From Octopus vulgaris (Eukaryota), in assembly GCA_951406725.2 (NCBI GenBank), contig OX597814.1:61442001-61506000 (forward strand): 64,000 nt of DNA. Direction: 5' to 3'. Every line of letters begins with the position of its first letter. Position 1 is the first letter of the stretch. The notes under the pieces were generated by a model that had not been told where the DNA came from, ran no database searches, and saw nothing but the letters and a program-made list of their open reading frames with translations. A program made the position numbers and the translations under genes. This document shows, piece by piece, positions 1-12,800 of the stretch.

Positions 1-1016
1 TAGTATTAATGTCAAAATATTTGTCACTGTTTAAAAAGATCAACTTTTTTTTTCATCTCTAAGATACTGACAGTTGTTATAGTTCTCCCATAAAAAGTAT
101 TTGGTATATGAAAATTAGTTTATAACATTCATATGATTGTCTGATGTCCAGTTTTGAGATGTATCACAAGGCATTCAATACTTATAACTCCTCTCAAGGT
201 ATAGGCTTACCTTAGATAGTTAATATTTTAGTGTGATTTTAAAACAATAATTTAGGTTTCATGTAACTGAATTTTGATGATTTAAAAAGAATAAACAGCT
301 TCCTTGCCTCTAGAACCACAGAAACTCCCCTAAAATCTAAACAAATAAACTGAAATTATCATTTCTGAGGCCAAGTTATTTTTCACCCTTTTTTCTTTCT
401 TCAAATCAGAATTAGACAAATTGATACTTTAGTGACTATTAGTCATCCAAACTGGTATTAGGGTATTTATAATCTGAGAGCTGAATTGATAAGGTGTCAG
501 ATTTTAAACTTAAGAATCCACTGCTAATATCCCATCATGAGCACTAAACAATGTCTGATGGTTACAACACTTCTAAAACAAACATAAAAGTTTCCATACA
601 CCGACTTCTAAATCTAAGCCTTCAGCTGGAAGCAATACAGGAATGCAACAGGTTACTTTACAATGCTGATTTTAAAATCTCTTTGTGAGTGTTGCTTTGA
701 AAACAAGAAGATTTGCAAAGCTGACTTGCAGGAGATACATGCAAACAAATGAGTTACACATGCTATATAGAATTTTTATAATTCTCTTTATCTTTCAGTT
801 GGCATAAAATTAAAATGCGGTATTAATCAATAAAAATAATGTTCTAATGTATATGTCACCAAACATTTGCAACACTTGATCAGATACATTTTCATTTTGC
901 TTTCTCTGCTATCGATAATTGTTTAGTGTTGTAAATTCAAGTATTTACATGAATTATGTGATTATTATATATTTTATTTGCAAAATGTAATCTTGTATTT
1001 CTTGTGTGTTTGACAG

Positions 1017-1165
1017 AGCCAAGACAATCAAGAATGTTGTGTCTGTCAATGAAGAATTGACAGCTGATGAATGGAAGAGAAGATATGAGAAGGAAAAAGA
1101 AAAATGTACCAAATTGAAGGCTACATTGGCACGGTTAGAGAGTGAATTGCAGAAATGGAGAACTG
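1017..1165 (+). CDS. Khc: Kinesin-1 heavy chain exon (end of motor, neck linker, neck coil); upstream motor exons lie outside the window
   Basis: tgacag| acceptor; (R)[29 protein letters not shown]...ELQKWRTG, the diagnostic kinesin-1 neck; G|gtaag donor; phase 2 in, phase 1 out. Confidence 0.97.
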
Positions 1166-2672
1166 GTAAGATACATTTTTGTAAAATTTTCTTCTGTTTT
1201 GACTTAGAAAATCTTCAGATAATATAAAATCTATTTTAAGAAAAATGTTCAATGATTTATTCAATCTTTATTTAGAATCTGTGTGTATTCATATGCACTT
1301 GCTTACTCAACCCATTTGATATTAACTTGTATGAGATCCTCTCTGTTCTATGATTGGGAGCTTCTTATTTTAAATTGCCCATCATTTTTACTAAAAACAT
1401 CAGCTTAATTATAACAAATTTAGTTATTTTATCAATCCCATCTAAATTCTTTGTTATAGACAGCAGATGAGATACAGAGATTCTCAGAATAGAACACACT
1501 TAGTAGCATTCATAAAATATAGGATTATGAAAATGTTCAGCCTTTTTACATTAGTAATAACCTAGAAGCGAGTTATTTCTATTTTCTTCTCTGTTAGCTT
1601 CAATTTTTGAAATGTTCATTTCTGTATTTCAAGCTTATACAGTGTATTTTGTCAGTTACATTGATAGAAGCATATATAAGATTTGAATTGTTCTGGTAGG
1701 ATATCTGTCTAATCACTTGCATAAATTACTAGAAGAATATAAAAAATGTTGCTCATTGATTGAAATATGGGTGTTTCCATGTCTTCTTTCATATTAAATT
1801 TGTTTCTCTGAAACTTGTTTACATTTAGAAGAAAAACATTGTCAAAAATCTAAGGTAATTAGAATCTATGTTGGCTTTGAATTCAGTTAACTAAAAAAAA
1901 TTGTCTTAATTTTAGAAAGGATACAAGTGATAAATTGGTAGCAATAATAAAACGATTAACTAAATTTTCTAAGGTTGAATTTTATCTTATTTTTGGTGTC
2001 AATAAAATAAGTTACATACCAGCAGTATATTGGAATTCATTCATTTCACTACATCCGTCACCTAAAAAATATCTTTGTGCTTAAAAAGACCCATAAATTT
2101 TAGAAATTAAAATAATCCTCTTAGCACAAGCTTTCCACTTATCTGATCTACAATCTAGAATTGAAGAGGTTAAGATGTTTTCTGTATAATTTATTCATGG
2201 TAGGCATTTAAAAATCATTCTGAATTGTTCAAAAACAGAATATTAAACTGGTAGAACATGTAGTGCTTTTCTCATTGTAGACTTCAAATCATAGTAATGC
2301 ACTTATTTATATTGTATATGATATTTGTTTATGGTGTTTAAATTGCCTTGATACTCTTAGTAACTAACCACTCATTTTATAAAGATGCTGTAGTACAGTT
2401 AAAAAACAAACTAGATTTTTAAGAAAGGCATTGACATGCCCTTCGTAGAGTGATTAGGTAACACAATTGCCTGGTGAGTGATATATATGTATAGATTGGG
2501 AGTCCTGTCAGTAGGTCTGTTCTTCATTTGTTTTAAATTAGTGCCTATGATATTTAATCTTATCTTAATTTTGTTCATTTGATACTAATAAATAAAAAAT
2601 CAACTTATTCAGCTATGAATGAAAAAAACAATTAGTAATAAATTTATATGTTTATATGTGATCTTGTTTTAG

Positions 2673-2845
2673 GTCAACCTGTATCTGTTGATGACCAAGT
2701 TGATCTGAAAGCAGATATTCCTGCAGAGTCTCCTGCTACCAGCACAACCAGCCTAGCTGGAAATATGGTTGTATCTATGAATGAAGGTGATCGTAGCCAA
2801 TTAGAAGAAGAACGATTGAAGCTGTACCAACAACTTGACGATAAA
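2673..2845 (+). CDS. Khc: Kinesin-1 heavy chain exon (hinge 1)
   Basis: ttttag|GT CAA CCT; GQPVSVDDQVDL...EEERLKLYQQLDDK|gtaaa; phases match both neighbours. Confidence 0.96.
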
Positions 2846-3505
2846 GTAAATTTGTTTATACTTTTATTTTACCCTGTACTTATTACCAGCACAACATGCT
2901 AGCAGTTGTTTTGTATGTTAGTTTTATGAAATCTGAAAATTTTGTATCTTATAAGGTCTAAACACATGCACAGTGTGTGGTTATTATACATTTGGGTTTT
3001 ATTTATTTTATTGTTATATGATATTAACAACAAAATCTAATAAGTAGTAAAACGGTGAAAAAATATATTTCTGTTTATTGTTAACGATTTCTCTTCCAAA
3101 ATAGCACAGTTTTTTATATACAAAGTGTAAAATAAAAGCATTAACAAATGCACATATAAATAAATTTGTATTTGTTAAGTGGAATGATGTTTATTTAGAT
3201 GTTCTAGATAAATGGGTGGAAAGAGAATTCTTCATTCAATCTAACTATTGTACTTTGATAATAACTAAAGTAAAAGTGATTTTAATTTTTGGATAATATG
3301 AAATAAATTAAATCAAACTCAGTTTATAAATTTTTATGATTGTAAAAGGCATAAATTATGCAAATGTGATTAGGAGTGCTGCTGCTGATAGTTTTTGTTG
3401 AACAATTTAATTACTGCTACATGGATATTAGATTACTTTAATAGGCTAATGGGTTGATGTGTAAACTATTTCAATGGCTAGTAAAATTGAACTATTTTAA
3501 TGCAG

Positions 3506-3781
3506 GATGATGAGATCAACAACCAATCTCAGTTAATAGAGAAACTAAATGAACAGATGATGGAACAGGAAGAATTAATTTCTCAGTCTCGTAAAGACTA
3601 TGAAAATCTACAGCAAGAAATGTCACGTATTCAATCTGATAATGAATCTGCTAAAGATGAAGTGAAAGAAGTCTTGCAAGCTCTTGAAGAGTTGGCTATG
3701 AATTATGATCAAAAATCTCAAGAGGTTGAGAATAAAAATAAAGAAAATGAAAATCTTAGTGATGAACTTAGCCAGAAGCTG
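3506..3781 (+). CDS. Khc: Kinesin-1 heavy chain exon (coil 1)
   Basis: tgcag|[14 protein letters not shown]...[24 protein letters not shown]...SQKL|gtgag; 276 nt, phase 0. Confidence 0.97.
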
Positions 3782-4117
3782 GTGAGTTATTGCATTTCCT
3801 GAAGATTATTATTGTTGTTGTTGTTATTATTATTATTTCAGATTTTATTGCATAATTTTCAGTTTTATATTTTGATATTAAACCTGAAAATTGGGAATTT
3901 GAGCAGAAAAAGGAAATAAAGTTTACAATTAGAAATATTCTGACATAAATGCAGCAGTCAGAGTTAATTTATTCAAATTGGAGATAGTCTGTCAAATAAC
4001 TCTGAGAATTCATTCTAGTTTATAGAAATAATATAAATGGAAACAAAGTTATTTGACTTTAGGAAAGCCTCCAAAACAGTTTCTTCATATTATGATGGCG
4101 ATAATAGTATTGAATTT

Positions 4118-4333
4118 AAGGCGGTGAGCTAGCATAGTTATTATCATAGCAGGCAAAATACTTACTGGTATTTTATTCACCTTCCCATTCTGGGTTCAAA
4201 TTCCGTCAAAGTCAACTTTGCCTTTTGTCCTTTTGGAGTTGATAAAATAAGTACCAGTTGAGTTTTGGGGTCAGTGTAATCAACTTACCCCATCCCCTGA
4301 AGTTGCTAGCCTTGTGCCAAAATTTGAAATCAA
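4118..4333 (+). mobile_element. tRNA-derived SINE, family B (octopus type, aataagtaccag core)
   Basis: aaggcggtgagct...gttcaaattcc...gataaaataagtaccagttgag...ccttgtgccaaaatttgaaa; same family at 25282-25519(-), 28275-28483, 34806-34992 and 60577-61618. Confidence 0.8.
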
Positions 4334-4369
4334 TGATAGTATAGAATTTTCATAATAGACACTGGTATG

Positions 4370-4692
4370 AATGTTTGGGTAGGAAGCTTTCTTCCCAACC
4401 TTGAGGTCTTGTGTTCAGTTCCACTGTGCAGCACCTTGCCAACAAAGCCTTGTGAGTGGATTTGATACACAGAAACTGAAAGAAGCCCATTTTATATGTG
4501 TGTATGTCTTTGTTATTGTGTAGTGTTTGTCCTGAGATTGCCATTTGACAACCAGTGTTGGTTTGCTTACTTCTCCATAACTTAGCAGTTCATCAAAGAA
4601 GATCATTAGAATAAGTAACAGACTTAAAAAGTAAGTCTAAGCCCTTCAGCATGGCTACAATCTAATGACTGAATCAAGTAAAAAATAAAAGA
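4370..4692 (+). mobile_element. tRNA-derived SINE, family A (degenerate)
   Basis: cttcccaacc...gttcagttccactg...gaaactgaaagaagccc...cagcatggc...atgactgaatcaagtaaaa; many copies in the window. Confidence 0.8.
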
Positions 4693-5253
4693 TAAGTCTT
4701 CATTCTGATGGGAAGTAGGACATTGCTGTGCGCAGTTTGTTCTCCCCAAAAAAACTGGACTTTACTTACAATTGAATGAGACATACCATCTTCAGAATAG
4801 TTCCCTCCACTTTTGATACACTGCTACCAGCATTTTTTTTCAGTTTTGAAACACCCAAACATTTTCAAGAATAGTGTACAGTTCTTGTAGCAAATTTGTC
4901 ATAGGGAAAATAAACAAAATTTGTTTAACTGACCATCAGCCTTGTTGAGGTTTTCATAAGTAACGTTTTCTTTTTTATTTATTTTATAATTAAGCCTAAA
5001 TTATCCAGTGCATTTTTTCTAAGATGATAGGTGGGATTTAGGAAATTTGACTGTGATTTCTAGTGGGTTGAGCAGCTGTATTGAGGTTCTCTCATTGGCT
5101 CAGTAAGTTAGTATTAGGTCAATGGAACAGATACATTCACTAAGAATATTGTAGTAAAAGATATTGACTTTTTTTTTTTTTGCTTTGTGTCTTATAATGC
5201 TTTGGCTCTTGTAAACTTATTTGTTACAAAAACCTCATAATATCTCCTTTTAG

Positions 5254-5403
5254 AGCACATTGAATAGCTTACAGAATGAATTGGATCAATTGAAAGATTC
5301 TTCAATGCACCATAGGAAACGAGTCACTGATATGATGATTAATTTATTGAAAGACCTTGGTGATATCGGTGCTATTGTTGGAGGCAATGCAGCTGAAACT
5401 AAA
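5254..5403 (+). CDS. Khc: Kinesin-1 heavy chain exon
   Basis: ctttag|STLNSLQNELDQLKD...LLKDLGDIGAIVGGNAAETK|gtaagt; 150 nt. Confidence 0.95.
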
Positions 5404-5537
5404 GTAAGTATTTATAAATCTCTTTACAATTTGATGACCTTACATAGATTTGGGTAGACTTTTAAACCCGATATTTCCACAATTTTTTACTCCAAAATGT
5501 TACTGCTGTTTATATATATTCATCATATTCCTTTCAG

Positions 5538-5729
5538 CCAACTGCAGGTTCTGGAGAAAAGATTGAAGAAGAGTTCACTGTTGCTCGCTTATATATCAGC
5601 AAGATGAAATCTGAAGTTAAAACTTTAGTCAGTCGGAATTCTCAACTTGAGAATTACCAGCAAGATACATTGAAGAAAATGGAAGAAAGTGAAAAAGAAT
5701 TGTCTAATTGCAGATTACTTATCCAACAG
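5538..5729 (+). CDS. Khc: Kinesin-1 heavy chain exon (hinge 2 / coil 2)
   Basis: tttcag|[28 protein letters not shown]...CRLLIQQ|gtaaat; conserved [19 protein letters not shown] motif; missing from the ORF track, translated by hand. Confidence 0.96.
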
Positions 5730-6321
5730 GTAAATTTTTTTTATCTGTTGATTCTTTGTGTTTTGTAGTAAATTAATCTCCTTTTATCCTTAGTTGATGT
5801 TAGCTTTCCATTGAAAGTATTCAGTGAAATAGTTTGCTTTGCTTGCAACTTTATGCTCTACTCTACATTTTGTTGCTATAACAATTTTGATGAGTTAGCA
5901 GGAAAGAATGAGGCTCCTTTGGATTTTTTGAGTAACTTTAGTATTTTGGTTGAGGGAAGGGAGCTGAGAATTCTGATCCAACATTGTTTATTCGTTTAAA
6001 AACAAAAAGGCCTTTAATAAACTCAGACCTTTTGCATGAGAACTTTAAACTGAAACTATTTTTAATTTACCTAACTTGTAAAGTAGTGTAGAATTAGCTA
6101 ATCTGTAACTTTGAATTATAACCTCTCTAGTTATGAATATAAGCTGTATCACTAGATTTTTCTTAGATGTCATTAAACTATTATTATTATTATTATTGCT
6201 ATAATTTATATTTTAATACTCTTTTGTTCATTGTTTGACATTAGTATTGAGAAAAATGATATTGTAAATTATAATGGTATTTGATGGTATCTAATCTGTT
6301 AGTATTTATATTTCTTTGTAG

Positions 6322-6439
6322 CATGAAGCGAAGATGGTTACACTCCAAGAGACCATCAAAGATGCTGAAAATAAAAGGAGAACAATGGAGGAAAATGTTG
6401 ACTCACTCAATGAAGAGTATGCTAAACTGAAAGCACAAG
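6322..6439 (+). CDS. Khc: Kinesin-1 heavy chain exon
   Basis: tttgtag|HEAKMVTLQETIKDAENKRRTMEENVDSLNEEYAKLKAQ, then G|gtatg. Confidence 0.95.
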
Positions 6440-7133
6440 GTATGAGCCATGAAATATTGTTTTTATGTCATTATAAAAGATTTCCTGAATCTTGTACTAC
6501 CTGATTTTCATTGGTACAAGTGAAAAAATTAATTCTTCATGAGAAATAATTTCATTTTAAAATCAAATGATTGAACCAAACAGGAAACAAAAGAAAATGC
6601 AAAATAGAACTATAACTCTTTGATCTTGAGAATTATTTTGGTGATGCCTTAGGAGATTAAGCATGACATATTATTATTTGTGTAATTAGGAAGTGACATA
6701 ATAATTTTTCTTCATTTTAGTTTGTGTTTAGCTTGTTAGTTTACTTTTACACTTTAAATTTCATCTAATTATAATATATTGTTATATAAAGTTATCTGAT
6801 TATGACATCTTTATTCAAATATTCATATATGAAACTCATTTGACTAAGTGTGGTCAAGGTTGAATTTAAAAGCAAATCATGTGGAACAAATATGGAACAA
6901 ATGCATTTCACTGTTGAAAAAGAAATTTTGAAATGACTCATCTATGATGTTTATTCAGTTATTAAGAATATACAAATAGATAAAAGCTAATGATTACATA
7001 CTGGAATATTTTTGTAGGTAGTTCTAAGCTTCAAATGTGTTCAGGATGTTCTTTAAAAAAAATGTAAATTTTGGATGCAGTGATGAAGTCTGCAATCTTT
7101 TGATATTATTTTACATATTTGCTTATATTTTAG

Positions 7134-7308
7134 AACAAATGCATTTATCTGCATTAAATGAGCGAGAAAAGGAAAGTAGTGCAGCAAGTGAAACACGTGA
7201 AGTTCTTGAGAAACAGATGGAGATGCATCGTGAACAACATCAAAAGCAGTTGCAATCCCTACGTGACAAAATTGCAGAAAAACAAGCTACTGTTGATGAT
7301 CTCAAAGA
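7134..7308 (+). CDS. Khc: Kinesin-1 heavy chain exon
   Basis: ttttag|(E)QMHLSALNEREKE...HREQHQKQLQSLRDKIAEKQATVDDLK, then GA|gtatg. Confidence 0.95.
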
Positions 7309-7929
7309 GTATGTTATTTTTTCATTTTATTCTGGCTTTTTCAGCAATAGGTCTTGTCCCTAGCAAAACTAAAGAGCCTTCTTTTCTATGTTGTCTTGTC
7401 CCTGCTAGATAGAACTGAGTCATCAAAAGAGGCCTGCAAGGGGGCAAAACAGGAACAAATTAATGGGAAAAAAACCAGAATCATAGATGTGAGAAGTTGA
7501 TTCAGTAGTAAGACTAAAAGAAGAGAGAGTGGTGAACAGCTGCCTGGTGATTTTGTGGTAATAAGATTTGATAGAAACACCATGAGCAGCAGGATGGGAG
7601 AAGGAAAAGAGTGATAGAAGATGAAGTAATGTGAAACCATGATATTATAACATTGGGTGATGATGAGAGAATAGCCTTGGTGGATGTCACTAATGGCTGA
7701 TGGGGGAGTGAACAATGAGAGGGTATGTGACAGCTAGCAATAAAAAAAAAGTGATGATTGCGAGACATGTGAATGAGAGATAAAAATGTAATGATGGGAG
7801 GAGGAAGGCAGCATATGGAGATTAAATATGAACATACTGGTCAGGAGAGACTCAAATGTAAATATACATCCCAATCCTTGTCTTTACATTCATTCTTTCC
7901 CAAGTTTATATAAATTGTTCAGGTCCTGC

Positions 7930-8935
7930 ACTGTGTTTCATCACAGATTGCAGTACCTGGTTATTTCTATTATGAGGCTCAGTCTCTTGGGAATCAATTT
8001 TCACCACTTTGTTCTATGTTTTCCCTGATTTTACACAGATTCCATCCACATATAGTGCTTGGTATTTGTTTAAGCAACTGGCATCCTCCATGTGATTCAC
8101 ATACCTGTGCCAGTGTTGACTTCTCTTTTGTACCCTATGTATGATTCCTCTTATATCCAGTTTTTCTCTCTGCTTATTGTGCTCCATTATTCATGTGCAC
8201 TAACAGTGAAGCATGATTACTCCATCTCTTTTCAACCATGACAAATTTTGTGCATTCAAAAGCAAGATCACAGTTCCTACAGAAGTGTCATATTGATTGC
8301 ATTTCGCTCTGGAAGAAACCTTTTGTTTATCAACAGAAGTAACTGTCCCCTAAACTTTTTTCAACTCCTTTTATTCTAGCAACTATGCTTTCAGAATTAG
8401 GTCATCTTGCTAATGAAAGCGATCAGCCACTTCAGTGGAGCCTTCACAGCATTTGAAGAATTTATCTCTCTCTTGTGTATCTGCTTTCACCGACAGCCTG
8501 TCTTAACCCACTGTGTCTCTTGTCCATACTTGACAAGGGTTGTACTGTATAGCAATCCTATCTGTTTCATAGTAGGATCTGTCAGTTTAAAGTCTCTTTT
8601 AAACATCTCCTTCCCTTTGTTGCTGTTTATGACTGCTACACCTTCCTTTACTATCTAATTGATCAAGCAATGACTAGTGCACAACCTACTTCAGGTATTT
8701 TAAGCATCTCAGTAACTCTTCCTGGTTGATTTAATTAATTCCCTATCTTCATATCCTAAAATTTTGCTTTTGACAGTATAGTTGTCATCATCAATGGCTA
8801 GGGCCTTTGTTGGGTCTACTTGGGACATGCACTCTCTCATATAAGCATTCTCCTCATTTAACAACCTCTCATGATAACATTTCAATACCTCTTTCATTTG
8901 ACTGTTAAGCAAACTTTATTGCCCTGGACAATATT
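7930..8935 (-). mobile_element. Degenerate RTE-like LINE remnant in a Khc intron
   Basis: ORF remnant KEVLKCYHERLLNEENA resembles LINE ORF2 upstream of RT; downstream part resembles the RTE C-terminal fragments at 28.5 kb. Confidence 0.55.
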
Positions 8936-9032
8936 GTTTGCTTAACAGTTACATTTCAAATAATTACATTAAAATGTATGTTTCATTATCTGGTTATCTA
9001 TATTATATAAATATATTTCTTATATTTTGTAG

Positions 9033-9195
9033 TTCCAATCAAAAACTAACTCTCGCTCTAGAGAAACTCCAAGCTGATTATAATAAATTGAAGCAAGAAG
9101 AGGTTGAAAAGTCTGCTAAATTAGCTGATCTGTCATTGCAAATCGATCGCCGAGAACAAGCTAAACAAGATCTGAAAGGTCTTGAAGAAACTGTG
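9033..9195 (+). CDS. Khc: Kinesin-1 heavy chain exon
   Basis: ttgtag|(D)[13 protein letters not shown]...[16 protein letters not shown]|gtatg. Confidence 0.96.
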
Positions 9196-9418
9196 GTATG
9201 TAGAAAAATCTATAAAGAACTTTTTACTTCTATACTTAATATGAGAATACAAAATTATCAGAAATGTCAATATTAAGTTTAACTTAACTTTTCTTTATAA
9301 AGATTTTAAAATGTATTGGATTTTGCTTTTTGAAAATATGGTTTTACAGTTTTGTATTATAAGTGTATATTAAAATTTTGACTTGTCAGTGACATTTCTT
9401 TGTTTAAAATGTTTTCAG

Positions 9419-9490
9419 GCCAAAGAGCTACAAACTCTGCATAACCTTAGAAAATTGTTTGTGCAAGATCTCCAGAACAAAGTCAAAAAG
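9419..9490 (+). CDS. Khc: Kinesin-1 heavy chain exon (light-chain binding region)
   Basis: tttcag|AKELQTLHNLRKLFVQDLQNKVKK|gtaag. Confidence 0.96.
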
Positions 9491-10205
9491 GTAAGAATTT
9501 CTATTAAGTTCAAATATTTAAATTTATTTATTTAGCTGTTTTATGGACATTTTTGTGTCTGTAAAAAAAATGAGAAAGGTAAAACCTAAAATTTTAATGC
9601 TATTGAAAACAATATCATTTACTGCATATTGATTATTCTCATTGCCATCGCAAGTATTTCAATTGCCATGGCTTAATAAATGTTATATTGCCAAAGTCCT
9701 CCATCAATAGTTAACTAGGTTGTGGAGAATGGGTGTGATGATAATTTACTATTTTGTTATTGATATTCATTCTTACTTAATATTAAATGGTATTTCAGCA
9801 ACTGTTGCTGAATAAGCAGAACCAAAAGGAATAGTTAATCTACAGTTGATTATATTACATTTTTGTATTTACCACTTCACTAACAACTGTTCAAAACCAT
9901 TAGATCAATTTGATTTTCTGTATTTAGGGTGGCTTGACATAATTATTTTTCTAATATTTATGCTAAATTCATTATGAATTTTAATCATTTTAACTATAAT
10001 TAGTTGTGATTTCTTGTCTTTTCTATTAGTTGTTCAATTAGTTGTTTTTTGTGGATTTTTAAAAAATTCTAATGAGCTTTTGTGGGTACATAATTGTAAG
10101 CTGGTCATTTATATTGGTGAGTTGTAGAAATTGGGAACCATAATGACATTTACACTATTTATGAAGTCTATTAGATTTTTCAATTTTTGTCATTTTGTTT
10201 TTCAG

Positions 10206-10319
10206 TCATGTAGCAAGGCTGATGATGATGATGAAGACACTGGAGGTAATGCAGCTCAGAAACAGAAGATCTCATTCTTAGAAAGCAACCTTGAACAACT
10301 AACCAAGGTTCACAAACAG
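10206..10319 (+). CDS. Khc: Kinesin-1 heavy chain exon
   Basis: ttcag|[38 protein letters not shown]|gtgaat. Confidence 0.96.
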
Positions 10320-10609
10320 GTGAATGCTCTCTATATATTTAAGTTTTTTCTTTAATGCATTGTTAAATAGAAGTTAAAGCTACTGTAATCTGCCTTCAGT
10401 CATATTTGTTTAAATAGAAATGATGGGGGAAATAATTTAGTCTGAACCAAGAACTTAAGTAGTTTATTAACGATAAACTAGTACAAGTGCCAGGTTCTTT
10501 TTTTTTTTTTTTCCTTAAAAAAACTTCATTTGCTTTAAAGTATATAATCCAGAGCTAACCATCGGATACAAGAACTTTTTTTTTATATAATTTCTTTTTG
10601 AGGATTAGC

Positions 10610-10839
10610 TTAACTCTTTTGATACCAACCCAGTTGAAACTGCCTCTGGCTCTGTAGTACAAATGTCTTGTTTTCAAAAGTTCTGAATTAAAATCTTCCA
10701 CCAAACCTTAGTCACAATTTATGTTCCTAACACTAGCTTAATGATGGCTAAGTTATTTTACTGAATTCTTTGTTATATCTAAAATTAATTGAAAGAAACA
10801 CAGAGCATCTCAACAGAAATATGGTAACAAAAGAGTTAA
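10610..10839. mobile_element. MITE with TTAA ends (piggyBac-like), family 1
   Basis: TIR ttaactcttttgatacca ... tggtaacaaaagagttaa. Confidence 0.8.
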
Positions 10840-10898
10840 TTATCTAACTTGAATATTTCATTAATATATTTGCTTTCCTCTATATTATTGAAATTTAA

Positions 10899-11075
<177 letters not shown>

Positions 11076-11965
11076 TAACACTACCTCTGTTTTGTGATGT
11101 TGTTTTTTGTGTGCACTAAACTTTCTCTAAAATAACTAGATATTCTCAATATAATAGCTTAGAATTATTAGTTATAATTATAACATGTCACTATGATTAA
11201 TTAAAAATATAGAATTGAAAAATTTAAACCTGATACTATAAATATTCATTGCTAGTATTAACTGGATGCTTCCTGAGTTTCATTTAAGAAATACATTGTT
11301 TTTCTTTATTTTGTGTGTTATTTGCATTTTGTATCAATTTTTTTCAAACAATGTTGTTATGAATTGCATGAAATAATGGTATTGCTGATTATGATATAAA
11401 TGGTAGTGAATTTTGAGAGTTCTAGATCTAATTAGTTTACAAAGAACTACAACTTAAGAAAAATGCCAAAGCAAATTCGAATAGGAAAGGAATCGTTTCT
11501 TAGTAAAATCAGCCAATAAGTTATGCAATTCTCCTTATAGTCACTGCAGGTAGATATAAAATGTTAATATATATTATTAATTTTACATTCATCTAATATT
11601 TATACTATATATAGATAGATAGATCTCCTGAATAGCTTTTGTGGGCCTAAAATATCACTTTTTATTTGGGCTCTTCTATAAACTCTGACACAGTCTACTC
11701 GTTGTAACTCAATTCAATGAAAGCTTTTGCCTGAAGTCGGCTGGATATTTTGAAAGATGAATAGATTTAGGAATTTTGTCAAAGGAAACAGTCTTGAAAT
11801 TGGTAAGTTACCAGTTTTTTGAAAGACTACACATGGATAGCTTTAGTCCTAGATTTCCTGATGAACATAACTTTATTGCAGGTATTTAATCTATTTTTCA
11901 AAGTATTTGGAAACAGCAATACTATTTTGTATTTGAATTAGCAATATCACCTTTACCAACGGCAG

Positions 11966-12045
11966 GTACCAGCATGAGGTGGATAGGATCAAAGAAGCTG
12001 TTCGCCAGAAAAACCTTGCACGCAGAGGACATGCTGCTCAAATAG
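11966..12045 (+). CDS. Khc: Kinesin-1 heavy chain exon (tail microtubule-binding site)
   Basis: ggcag|(R)[26 protein letters not shown], then G|gtaagt. Confidence 0.96.
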
Positions 12046-12800
12046 GTAAGTCTAAGATTTGTGAAAATGTTTGACTTGGTTTTATGTTAAGGTAGCACAT
12101 AGTTTTGCTACTGTTAACTCTGGGTGATTTTACCCATTATTGGATTCCTGTCTTTTTTTCTTTTTTTGATGATTTATGAAATAAAGAACTCACAAGAATG
12201 CATAAAAAGTGATATGGATACAAAATAGTAATAATAATTAGCCAGTAACAAGTTAGTTTATTACAAACATTATTTTAAACACATTCTTGTACTGGTTTCA
12301 GTGATTGGACTGTAGCCATGTTAGGGCACCTTTAGTTGATTAATATCAACCTTGGAAGTGAACGAAGGGTAAAGTCAACTGGATGTAAAGGAGGTGTAAA
12401 TAAGAAAGATTGAAATACTACAGGTTATTTTCATTTGATGCACCAATTTTGCCTTTCCACAATGCTATCCTTATATATACATACACTTAGTTTCCATCTA
12501 TGTCATATATACATGCATATGCACACGCACGTACACATAGTTTTCATCTATAAAGTTCCTCTCATAAGGTGTCAACCTAAAACTAGGCTGTACTGCACTG
12601 TGGGATCAAACTAGGTGCCACATTTACAACTTTGCAAAGTGATCCTTTTAATCATTCTTCATATAAGAATATTTTATAGATTAACTGAGTTTTTTAAAAT
12701 TCATTTCTATTAAATCCCAACCATTCTTGATGAAATAATGGTAAAATCATAAAACAAAAGTATATTGAATTATAATTTTATTTGCCTTTCCTTATTCCAG

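Noticed and set aside
5541-5547. Alternative acceptor ctgcag 10 nt inside the Khc exon
   Set aside because: Its use would shift the frame; only 5538 keeps the conserved reading frame
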